A DNA stretch of 32,000 nt. Source: Pseudodesulfovibrio piezophilus C1TLV30. Lineage in GTDB: Bacteria; Desulfobacterota; Desulfovibrionia; Desulfovibrionales; Desulfovibrionaceae. The position numbers and the translations under genes were made by a program. The notes beneath the pieces are model-generated. The model searched no databases. It was not told the DNA's origin and was given only the letters and a program-made list of their open reading frames with translations. This document shows, one piece after another, positions 1-7,741 of the stretch (the first letter of the stretch is position 1; every line of letters begins with the position of its first letter). The stretch spans positions 1,890,001 through 1,922,000 of the forward strand of contig NC_020409.1 of the NCBI RefSeq assembly GCF_000341895.1, given 5' to 3'.

Positions 1-1945
1 CAGTGGCGGGATCAAAGGTGGAGTTAACAAAGCATCTCCACTTGGAATCGTCCAGGCCCATGAAGTCGCCACGGTAGTAGAAGCCCGGGTAACGGGATTC
101 TTCGCGGAATTCGATGTGCTGCATGTGCAGGCGGACAGTCCACAGACGGTGGAACTGTTCCCAACAACGCATCAGTTCGTGCAAGTCACGAGCTGCGAGC
201 TTCTTGGAATCTTCCTCGATCATACCGAGCAACCAGAAACCGGTGTTCAGCAGAGCCTTGGAGGTCATGTACAGAGTCGCAACACCACCACCGTATTCAT
301 CGGTGCACTTGATGAGACGCATCATGAAGTTGTGAGGAGTGATGTAAGCAGGGTTGACAACAGGATCGGTGGAACCGCCCTTGTTCTCTTCGTAGGTGTA
401 CCAAGGCTGGTACAGCTCCTGCTTCAGTTCTTCAGCGGTTTCCTTGAAGGAAGGCTGGAAGTCCTTGTGGTCAACAACCCAACGGACCATCTGCTTACCG
501 ACGATGCGGCCTTCAGCATGGGAACCGGAGGAGAACTTGTGACCGGAAGCGCCAACACCATCAGCACAGGTCCACAAGCCGTTGACAGTCGTCATACGGT
601 TGTAAACTTTGCCGTTGTCAGCTTTGACCTTATAGGAATCAGGAACCCATTCTTCGTCAGGGCCGGAGCACCAGATGCCGCAGCAACCGGAGTGGGAACC
701 CAACAGGTAAGGCTCGGTAGGCATGATCTCGGAACCACGATCCTCAGGAGCGCAGTTGGTAGCAGCCCACAGGTTGGCCTGGCCAACGCACATGTCAAGG
801 AAGTCTTCCCAAGCCTCGGACTCAAGGTGCTTCCACTCAGGGCCGGACAGATCGCCATTGACGGTCTTCAGCAGAGCGGACTTGGTGTCCATGAAGATCG
901 GGCCGCGGCCTTCACGCATTTCACGGAGCATCATGTGGTTACGCAGACAAGTGGGGATGATGTGACCCTTGGCATAGCCGCGATCCTCGTAAGGCTTCAG
1001 CATGGCACGGTTGGTCTCGCAGTAATCCTCACCCTTGTAGTTGGTAGCTTTGGCCTTGAACAACAGGAACCATGCACCGACCGGACCGTAACCGTCTTTG
1101 AAACGGGCGGGGACGAAGCGGTTTTCCATCATGGTCATTTCGCCGCCAACCTGGGCAACCATGGTGTAGGTGGAACCTGCGTTCCAGACTGGGTACCATG
1201 CGCGACCCATACCCTCTCCAGTGGAGCGGGGACGGTACACGTTAACAGCACCACCACAAGCGACAACAGCAGCGTTGCACTTGTAGATGTAGATCTTGTT
1301 TTCGCGAGTGGAGAAACCAACAGCACCAGCGATGCGGTTAGGCTCGTTCTGGTCGAGGAGCATCTTGACGATGAACACACGCTCGACGTAACGATCTTCA
1401 CCAATGGCGTTCTTTGCAGCTTCAGCAACGATGCACTTGTAGGACTCACCGTTGATCATGATCTGCCAGCGGCCGGAACGGACAGGCTCTGCACCGTTGC
1501 GGATTGCCAGGCCTTCGGCCTTGGCTTTACCACCGTCGAGGTTTTTGCCGTCTTTCTTGACCCAGATGGGGAGACCCCATTCTTCGAAGAGGTGGACGGA
1601 ATCATCAACGTGACGGCCGAGGTCGAAGATCAGATCTTCACGAACCAGGCCCATCAGGTCAGTGCGGACCATGCGGACGTAATCGTCAACATCGTTCTCA
1701 CCGCAGTAGGTGTTGATTGCGGACAGACCCTGAGCAACCGCACCACCACGCTCGATGGCAGCTTTATCGACCAGCTCCAAGGTAATGGAAGGATCAACTT
1801 TCTCGATCCAACGCATAGCTTCGAAGGCAGCGCCGCAGTTACCCATGCCGCCGCCGACCATCAGGATATCAACACTTTTTTCGACGATTTCCGGCTCGGC
1901 GAGAGCAACACCTTTGGAGGCTTCTTTCATAGGAAGCAGAGGCAT
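1..1945 (-). CDS. aprA: Adenylylsulfate (APS) reductase alpha subunit, 3' end cut by window edge
   Basis: Not in the ORF track because there is no stop in the window. Reverse-strand ATG at 1945..1943 lies 6 nt after AGGAGA (complement of 1952-1957). My translation MPLLPMKEASKGVALAEPEIVEKSVDILMVGGGMGNCGAAFEA... (FAD dinucleotide-binding GGGxG) is stop-free to position 1 and ends ...DDSKWRCFVNSTFDPAT, about 648 codons. It lies directly downstream of aprB, as in aprBA operons. Confidence 0.95.
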   Translation of the reverse strand, partial: MPLLPMKEASKGVALAEPEIVEKSVDILMVGGGMGNCGAAFEAMRWIEKVDPSITLELVDKAAIERGGAVAQGLSAINTYCGENDVDDYVRMVRTDLMGLVREDLIFDLGRHVDDSVHLFEEWGLPIWVKKDGKNLDGGKAKAEGLAIRNGAEPVRSGRWQIMINGESYKCIVAEAAKNAIGEDRYVERVFIVKMLLDQNEPNRIAGAVGFSTRENKIYIYKCNAAVVACGGAVNVYRPRSTGEGMGRAWYPVWNAGSTYTMVAQVGGEMTMMENRFVPARFKDGYGPVGAWFLLFKAKATNYKGEDYCETNRAMLKPYEDRGYAKGHIIPTCLRNHMMLREMREGRGPIFMDTKSALLKTVNGDLSGPEWKHLESEAWEDFLDMCVGQANLWAATNCAPEDRGSEIMPTEPYLLGSHSGCCGIWCSGPDEEWVPDSYKVKADNGKVYNRMTTVNGLWTCADGVGASGHKFSSGSHAEGRIVGKQMVRWVVDHKDFQPSFKETAEELKQELYQPWYTYEENKGGSTDPVVNPAYITPHNFMMRLIKCTDEYGGGVATLYMTSKALLNTGFWLLGMIEEDSKKLAARDLHELMRCWEQFHRLWTVRLHMQHIEFREESRYPGFYYRGDFMGLDDSKWRCFVNSTFDPAT

Positions 1946-2010
1946 AATATTTCTCCTAGATTATTCGTGTTTCAAATTCAGTAAGACTAGATAAACTGCA
2001 CAATCCCGTA

Positions 2011-2511
2011 CTAGACGAGGTCGGCGTAGTCTTCCATCTTCCACTCTTTCTTCAGGTCAGCCTCAGTGATGGCAGCCGGTTCCATTGCGGTTGCAATGGG
2101 GGTGACCAATTCGGTCTCGGTGAACAGCAGTTCATTTTCGAGATCGGACGGCTCAGGCTTGCCTTCGAAAGGCTTGATGGAACCTTCAGGAGTGGTACGG
2201 ATGGGGAACTTGAAGCGCTTCACGGAACCGTTACGGAACTTGATGGTCCACATGATGTCTTCAGCAGAGCGCATGGGGATGGAGGTACCGCCCATGGGTG
2301 CGAAGTCAGCGTACGGACGGGCTTCGATTGCGCCCTGGGGGCAAATCTTGACGCAGGAGTAGCACTCCCAGCATGCAGACGGTTCCTGGTTGTATGCCTT
2401 CATTTCGGCAGGATCCAGGATCATCAGATCGTTCGGGCAAATGTACATGCAGGCGGTCTTTTCGCCACCTTTGCAGCCGTCACATTTTTCCGGGTTAACA
2501 AAAGTCGGCAT
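2011..2511 (-). CDS. aprB: Adenylylsulfate (APS) reductase beta subunit (two [4Fe-4S] ferredoxin-like clusters)
   Basis: 166-aa ORF MPTFVNPEKCDGCKGGEKTACMYICPNDLM...CWECYSCVKICPQGAI with the Cys clusters typical of AprB. SD AGGAGGAG (complement of 2517-2524) sits 5 nt before the ATG, and aprA starts 66 nt downstream. Confidence 0.95.
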   Translation of the reverse strand: MPTFVNPEKCDGCKGGEKTACMYICPNDLMILDPAEMKAYNQEPSACWECYSCVKICPQGAIEARPYADFAPMGGTSIPMRSAEDIMWTIKFRNGSVKRFKFPIRTTPEGSIKPFEGKPEPSDLENELLFTETELVTPIATAMEPAAITEADLKKEWKMEDYADLV

Positions 2512-2611
2512 AACTTCTCCTCCTAAATAGGGTTTTATTATTCACAAAAACCGACGTCCTCTACCTTAACTAAAAAATATACACGACCCAATTTAATGGG
2601 GCGGAAATTGG

Positions 2612-2640
2612 GAATTAGCAAGACGCACAATCCTTGTCAA
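2612..2640 (-). promoter_or_regulatory. Candidate sigma70-type promoter for aprBA (TTGACA-N17-TAATTC with TG at extended -10 position)
   Basis: The reverse strand reads TTGACAaggattgtgcgtcttgcTAATTC. The -35 is perfect and the -10 is poor. This is the only TTGACA on this strand within 200 nt of aprB. No TSS data. Confidence 0.25.
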
Positions 2641-2926
2641 CGTGAAAGTGAATTTTTGAACAAGCGATCATCGTCAAATCCCGTCAATGGCTTACATACT
2701 CCCGACTGCCGCTTTTTCCCCTGCTTTCGCTCCACACGAAGGCACTTCGGGCAACTTCGGGATTATCAATGAAAACCACCACAGTTTTTAGGGCAAATCG
2801 AGCGTTGTTAGCAAGCGTTTTCTGAATCTGTTGCCTGATTATCATCTGAAGAAAATAATACCCCGATTTTATTTGATTTTATAGCATAAAAGCTGCTCAC
2901 TTTTTCTAGACTTTTTTATGACTATT

Positions 2927-2955
2927 TTGACATTCCCGTGACCATTCATTTCAAT
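2927..2955 (+). promoter_or_regulatory. Candidate sat promoter P1 (TTGACA-N17-TTCAAT)
   Basis: Perfect -35 at 2927-2932, a 17-nt spacer, and TTCAAT at 2950-2955, about 170 nt upstream of the sat ATG. Confidence 0.4.
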
Positions 2956-2988
2956 CTCTATATGAGACAAGTCATTTGGAAAAACCGC

Positions 2989-3017
2989 TTGACACGACTT
3001 TCACAAACGTACAATAA
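2989..3017 (+). promoter_or_regulatory. Candidate sat promoter P2 (TTGACA then TACAATAA 15-17 nt downstream) overlapping a Rex-like half-palindrome
   Basis: TTGACA at 2989-2994 and TACAAT at 3010-3015 (15-nt spacer; ACAATA or CAATAA at 16 or 17 nt). The 18-mer TTGACACGACTTTCACAA (2989-3006) matches my recollection of the Rex operator TTGTGAA-N4-TTCACAA in 11 of 14 specified positions, with a perfect right half. Confidence 0.4.
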
Positions 3018-3091
3018 AGGCTGACCCTGATATGGGAAATAATCATGGTTTCGGGGCGGGTTGTATTCGCACACCATGAATTAAGGCTATG

Positions 3092-3107
3092 GTTTTATTA
3101 ATAAAAC
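3092..3107. promoter_or_regulatory. Perfect 16-bp palindrome GTTTTATTAATAAAAC followed by T7, immediately upstream of the sat SD
   Basis: Read directly from the sequence. T-run at 3108-3114, AGGAGG at 3115-3120, ATG at 3126. A related element GGTTTTATTATTCACAAAAACC lies at 2531-2552 in front of aprB. The function is unknown (operator or leader element). Confidence 0.4.
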
Positions 3108-3125
3108 TTTTTTTAGGAGGCTTAA

Positions 3126-4409
3126 ATGTCCAACCTCGTAGCACCTCACGGTGGTAAAGGTCTCGTCTGCTGCCTGCTCGAAGGCGCTGAGCTTGAAGCA
3201 GAAATCAAAAAGGCCGAAGGCCTGAAGACTCTCGACATTTCCGATCGCGCCAAGGGCGACCTGATCATGATGGGTATCGGCGGCTTCTCTCCGCTGAACG
3301 GATTCATGAAGAAGGCCGACTGGGCTGGCGTCTGCGAAAAGTTCCTGATGGCAGACGGCACCTTCTGGCCCATCCCCATCACCCTCGACACCGATGACGA
3401 AGACGTCAAAGTCGGTGACGAAGTCGCCCTGAAGGCAGCTGACGGCACTGTCTACGCTACCATGACGGTCGAAGAAAAGTACGAGATGACCGAAGCCGAC
3501 AAGAAATGGGAATGCGAGCTGGTCTACAAGGGCGAAGGCGAAGATTCCGCTGACGACAAATTCTGGGAAGTTGCCATGGAAGATCATCCAGGCGTCCAGA
3601 TGGTCATGGCTCAGGGCAAATACAACCTGGCTGGTCCTGTCAAGGTTCTGTCCGAAGGCGACTACGCAGTTCGTTTCCCCGGTGTTTACCTGACTCCTGC
3701 TCAGATCCGTGCCGAGATGGAAAAACGCGGTTGGTCCAAAGTTGCCGCTCTGCAACTGCGTAACCCCATGCACCGCTCCCACGAATTCCTGGCCAAGATC
3801 GCCGTTGAAGTGTGTGACGGTGTTGTCATTCACTCCCTGATCGGCAACCTGAAGCCGGGCGACATTCCGGGTGATGTCCGTATCAAGTGCATCCAGACCC
3901 TGATCGACAACTACTTCGTTCCCGAGAACGTCATCAATGCCGGTTACCCCCTCGACATGCGCTACGCCGGTCCCCGTGAAGGTCTGATCCACGCAACTTT
4001 CCGTCAGAACTACGGCATCAACAACATGCTCATCGGTCGTGACCACGCTGGTGTTGGTGATTTCTACGGCCTGTTCGAAGCTCAGGACATCTTCAAGAAA
4101 ATCCCTTACCAGGACGGTTGCGAAGCTGAGTCCGGAAAAGCTCTGCTTTGCCAGAACATGAACATCGACTGGACCTTCTACTGCTACAAGTGCGACGGCA
4201 TGGCTTCCATGCGCACCTGCCCGCATACCAAAGAAGACCGTGTCATCCTGTCCGGTACCAAACTGCGCAAGGCCCTGTCCGAAGGTGCTGAGGTCGTCGA
4301 TCACTTCGGTCGCGATGAAGTCCTCGTCATCCTGCGCGAATACTACGCTGGCCTGACCGAAAAGGTCGAGGTCAAGATGCAGAAAGCTGCTTCCGGCGCA
4401 GACATGTAG
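3126..4409 (+). CDS. sat: Sulfate adenylyltransferase (ATP sulfurylase), dissimilatory type
   Basis: 427-aa [16 protein letters not shown]... with [11 protein letters not shown] and GRDHAGVG motifs characteristic of ATP sulfurylase. Strong SD AGGAGG lies 5 nt upstream, and an intrinsic terminator follows. Confidence 0.95.
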   Translation: MSNLVAPHGGKGLVCCLLEGAELEAEIKKAEGLKTLDISDRAKGDLIMMGIGGFSPLNGFMKKADWAGVCEKFLMADGTFWPIPITLDTDDEDVKVGDEVALKAADGTVYATMTVEEKYEMTEADKKWECELVYKGEGEDSADDKFWEVAMEDHPGVQMVMAQGKYNLAGPVKVLSEGDYAVRFPGVYLTPAQIRAEMEKRGWSKVAALQLRNPMHRSHEFLAKIAVEVCDGVVIHSLIGNLKPGDIPGDVRIKCIQTLIDNYFVPENVINAGYPLDMRYAGPREGLIHATFRQNYGINNMLIGRDHAGVGDFYGLFEAQDIFKKIPYQDGCEAESGKALLCQNMNIDWTFYCYKCDGMASMRTCPHTKEDRVILSGTKLRKALSEGAEVVDHFGRDEVLVILREYYAGLTEKVEVKMQKAASGADM

Positions 4410-4443
4410 TGTCAGAGCCGGTCAGACCATCTGATCGATACGA

Positions 4444-4479
4444 GGGAGGCAACAGAGATGTTGTCTCCCTTTTTTTATT
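4444..4479 (+). terminator. Rho-independent terminator of sat
   Basis: GGGAGGCAACA-gaga-TGTTGTCTCCC (11-bp stem with one G-U) followed by TTTTTTTATT. Confidence 0.85.
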
Positions 4480-4741
4480 GCCTGAATCCAGCTTGTCCAA
4501 AAGAGCACAAGTAAAAAGATGGCGCGATTTCATTCGCTCTTATCCTCTTTTTCACAAGCTGAGAATCGCCCGCACTTTTATATTTGACCGAATACTGCAC
4601 GGAGCAGTGTTGACCTCAACCTTGCAGAAGGACACACCGGAAACCTCGCAGCAGAGATGTCACCCTGTGATCATGCCTTTTTCGAAGCTGATAAAGTGAT
4701 TGGAAAGAGTCTGCATCACGCAGCCATCCTTGATGAATGAA

Positions 4742-5602
4742 CTAATCGAGCTTCAGATCAAGCAGGACTATCTCCGAATAAGCAAGATCTATATTGCGAG
4801 GTTTGACACGAGAGGTTTTATAAAATCGAGGGGACTGGAGACGCTCCACAATTGCGCCGTGACCATCGTTTTCAACAAATCGTCTATCAGCGGCAAAAAC
4901 AGCATTCCCATCAGGCAGCAAAGCTTCGGCAATATCTCCCACCCTGTCTGTAAACATGCCGGGATTGCTACGATAGAGGACGTCATAATAGAGAGTGCCA
5001 CCTTTTTTCTTTGCCAATGAAAGCAACAGCAGACACTGCGTACATCGTGTTGAAACAAGCACCGGTGTCACCGGAAGCCCTCGATGGTCTTCCAGAATTT
5101 CCACTTCATCCGGGTTACCCCGCGTCAGTATTTTTTCAGGGTCATGCAACAATTCAAGATTCTCAAAGGCATGCCCATCTTTTTTCCACAGCAAACGTTC
5201 CGTTTCCAGCACATCGAGGCCAAGCGTTTTGAAATATTCGATTTTTTTTGGAGAAAGAGAGCAAACCAGATAAGTTGTCTCAGGATCAGCAGTCGCCATC
5301 TCCAGCATCATGCGTCCCAACCCGTGTCCTCTGTATTCCTTGCGAAGATACCATGAAGTGAAATTGACAAATCGTCTTTTCCTGGTCCCCACAGTTCGAT
5401 ACGAGCAGATGTGGCCATGAAAACCAACAATCTCCTCTCCGTCTACGGCGACGATCCCCAGGTCTGGCTGCTCATGGCACCACGGGGCGTTAAAAAGACG
5501 TTGCCAGCGTTCCACCGGGATATCAGGGTTCATGAACGTATGGAGCAGATGACAAATGGCATCGCAATCATCAAGACGAACAGGGCGCAATGTCGCAATC
5601 AT
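4742..5602 (-). CDS. GNAT-family N-acyltransferase with uncharacterised C-terminal domain
   Basis: ORF 4742..5815 trimmed to the internal ATG at 5602 (MIATLRPVRLDD...). This ATG overlaps the upstream stop as ATGA (5599-5602). The 71 upstream codons of the ORF lie inside the deacetylase gene. GNAT motif-A-like YRGHGLGRMMLE is present. I recognise no motif in the last ~130 aa. Confidence 0.75.
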   Translation of the reverse strand: MIATLRPVRLDDCDAICHLLHTFMNPDIPVERWQRLFNAPWCHEQPDLGIVAVDGEEIVGFHGHICSYRTVGTRKRRFVNFTSWYLRKEYRGHGLGRMMLEMATADPETTYLVCSLSPKKIEYFKTLGLDVLETERLLWKKDGHAFENLELLHDPEKILTRGNPDEVEILEDHRGLPVTPVLVSTRCTQCLLLLSLAKKKGGTLYYDVLYRSNPGMFTDRVGDIAEALLPDGNAVFAADRRFVENDGHGAIVERLQSPRFYKTSRVKPRNIDLAYSEIVLLDLKLD

Positions 5603-6441
5603 CTTCGAGTCCTCGTTTGTGAGATTGGCCAGATATCCGCCGGCCTCATCCAATCCGTGGCGGGATGAGTGGCCAGCAGCGAAAAGAGCAGTTCCAAGAA
5701 ATCCCAGGCAGCAGTGTCCATTTCCATATGATGCGTCAGCACACAGGTCGGCTCGGACGCATCGGCAAGCCCTGTCCGCTTGGCAGCAAGATGGCTGACA
5801 AGCTCTCGCACGCATTTCTCGCTTCCGACAAAACGCGCACCAGCTTTTTTATCTTTCCATGAAAGAAGATCACAGTGAGCATCGGCACGGACCAAGTCCG
5901 CCGGAGGAACCGGGCGCTGCCGCTTGTAGGCGGCCGAAACGCCCCGATAGCCCATAACCGGCAGGTATGGGAGCAACGCTGCATCCATCCTGTTCCACGG
6001 CGGCACTATGACCGGCACAAAACGTGCGGCGAAAAGCTTTTCCAAAAGCAGCATGCCCTGCCGCAATTCCTCCAGCACCACTGAAGTCGGACGATGCAAA
6101 CCGAGTTCCCATGCCCCGTTTCCCTTGGGAGCATGATTGATATGAGCGTAGCCATGCTGCAATACCCAGGCATGCTCACACTCGTTCACAACCTGTCGAA
6201 GAGACTCTCCGGCACGCATAGGCACAGCCGCCAGCCCGCACGGGACAGCGTGTCTGGTACTGAGAGCAAGGAGATGCTCCAGAGCCGGGCAGCATTCTCC
6301 GGCATCATCATCGCGCCACCAAAGTTGAACCCGCTGGCCCATCCGGGTCCAAGCATCCAACTCTGTTATCAAAATGTGCACTCGTTCATCTGTCATGGGT
6401 GGGTCAGTTGTAGCAAAGGTCCCCCCAAAAGGGAAACCCAT
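5599..6441 (-). CDS. Polysaccharide-deacetylase-like (NodB/CE4 superfamily) protein
   Basis: 280-aa ORF. WWRDDDA resembles NodB motif 1 (Asp-Asp) and LQHGYAHINH resembles the His-His metal motif. The start is uncertain (ATG at 6441 or 6396, neither with a clear SD). It is translationally coupled to the GNAT gene. Confidence 0.65.
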   Translation of the reverse strand: MGFPFGGTFATTDPPMTDERVHILITELDAWTRMGQRVQLWWRDDDAGECCPALEHLLALSTRHAVPCGLAAVPMRAGESLRQVVNECEHAWVLQHGYAHINHAPKGNGAWELGLHRPTSVVLEELRQGMLLLEKLFAARFVPVIVPPWNRMDAALLPYLPVMGYRGVSAAYKRQRPVPPADLVRADAHCDLLSWKDKKAGARFVGSEKCVRELVSHLAAKRTGLADASEPTCVLTHHMEMDTAAWDFLELLFSLLATHPATDWMRPADIWPISQTRTRR

Positions 6442-6464
6442 ACGCTGGTGTTTTTATAGAGAAC

Positions 6465-7604
6465 ATGGCAGGAGACCCAAAGGAGATGAAGCCAATGAAA
6501 ACGCAGATAAACAGCATAATCTGGAACATGACACGCAAATGCAATTTTCGTTGCGAATATTGCTATTTCCCTCACGACAACACCCCGGTCACGGAGACAT
6601 TGCCTGTCGACAAAGTGAAGGCATTTCTGAATGGTACAGGCCGACCATGGTCTGTCCGAATGACTGGAGGCGAACCCTTCATCTACCCCGGCATCATAGA
6701 CATTTGCGCCGAGCTGTCCCGATCGCATAGAATCGGTATCGATACCAACCTATCTGTTTCCTCAAAAATACAGGACTTTGCTGACAGAATTGATCCCGAC
6801 CGTGTGGAGAACCTCTATGTGGCGCTTCATATCGAGGAACGCGAACGGGTCAAAGGAGTTAATTCCTTCATTCGCAACGCCCGACTGCTGATTGACCGGG
6901 GGTTCGCTGTCATCGTCAACTATGTGGTTCACCCGAATCTGGAAAAACGATTCCACCAAGATGTGGCTTTTTTTGCGGAACGGGGCATCACCATCACGCC
7001 GCGTCCTTTCAGGGGTGAGTACAATGGCCGAAGATATCCCGAAGCGTACGGCGACCGGGCACAAGCCATTTTCGCCAATCATCCTGAACAAGGCAAAAAA
7101 ATAGCATTCAATTTTTACGGCGTCCCCTGCACAGCAGGACAGACCCTCCTCCGGCTGGAACCAGACGGCACGATTTTCCGATGTCCGGGAGATAAGACTG
7201 TCCTCGGCAACGTTCTTGATCACGTTACCCTTGGGTCTGGTGCTGAACCTTGCCGAAAAATGCGGTGCCCCTGCCGAGGGCTGGACCATGTCCACCTGAC
7301 ACCCGCCCAATCCGCTCTGGTGGAAGGCGTCCAGTACGCAGTTGTCGGAGACAACCAGGGATCTGCCGATGCCCTGGGACGAGCTCTGGTCAGCGTTCCG
7401 GCGCACCCCTGTGCCGAAAACAACCTCGGAGTCATAGCCTGGCGAAACGGCGACACAGACTGTGCCGCAGGGCACTTCCAAGCCGCCCTTGCGGCCCGCC
7501 CCGAGCGAACTCTTTATGCTGAGAATCTTCATGGAGCCACAGAAGGGAACCCTGATTTTGACCCACAAATATGCCTGGACGTGAATCCCTTTCCCGATAA
7601 ATAG
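6465..7604 (+). CDS. Radical SAM enzyme with C-terminal Cys-rich (auxiliary cluster-like) region and Ala-rich TPR-like tail
   Basis: CNFRCEYC (CX3CX2C, nt 6540-6563), the GGEPF SAM-binding motif, and a second Cys group C222...C240...C263xxxxC268xC270 (nt 7128-7274). The likely true start is ATG 6486 or 6495, since AAGGAG at 6480-6485 is 9 nt before 6495. Confidence 0.85.
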   Translation: MAGDPKEMKPMKTQINSIIWNMTRKCNFRCEYCYFPHDNTPVTETLPVDKVKAFLNGTGRPWSVRMTGGEPFIYPGIIDICAELSRSHRIGIDTNLSVSSKIQDFADRIDPDRVENLYVALHIEERERVKGVNSFIRNARLLIDRGFAVIVNYVVHPNLEKRFHQDVAFFAERGITITPRPFRGEYNGRRYPEAYGDRAQAIFANHPEQGKKIAFNFYGVPCTAGQTLLRLEPDGTIFRCPGDKTVLGNVLDHVTLGSGAEPCRKMRCPCRGLDHVHLTPAQSALVEGVQYAVVGDNQGSADALGRALVSVPAHPCAENNLGVIAWRNGDTDCAAGHFQAALAARPERTLYAENLHGATEGNPDFDPQICLDVNPFPDK

Positions 7605-7741
7605 GCTCAACCTGATAAATTATCCCCTGTTGTCATGAATGCATTACCTTTTCTGGACAGAAAGCCTTCAACCCGGTAGTGTTTCCCTGCTGGCACGTCC
7701 CGATGACATATCCGGCCTCTTTTTTTGCCAGCGATGAATAT

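Noticed and set aside
116-1984. 622-aa plus-strand ORF, the longest complete ORF at the left end of the track
   Set aside because: It is codon-aligned antisense of aprA, whose reverse-strand translation carries unmistakable AprA sequence and an SD. The plus-strand product is low-complexity (V/G/T/D/H-rich) with no motif. The short ORFs 114..335, 592..858, 723..965, 1135..1449 and 1755..1994 are likewise inside aprA.
3092-3114. sat palindrome plus T7 read as an intrinsic terminator or attenuator
   Set aside because: The RNA stem would be at most 6 bp, of which 5 are A-U, with a 4-nt loop. That is too weak for a terminator. I kept it as a candidate operator or leader element instead.
3087-4304. 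405-aa minus-strand ORF opposite sat (also 3146..3448)
   Set aside because: It is codon-aligned antisense of a clearly recognisable sat gene, the same artefact as in aprA.
4409-4699. 96-aa GTG-initiated ORF right after sat
   Set aside because: It starts on the sat stop codon, reads straight through the sat terminator hairpin and T-tract, and has no SD or recognisable sequence.
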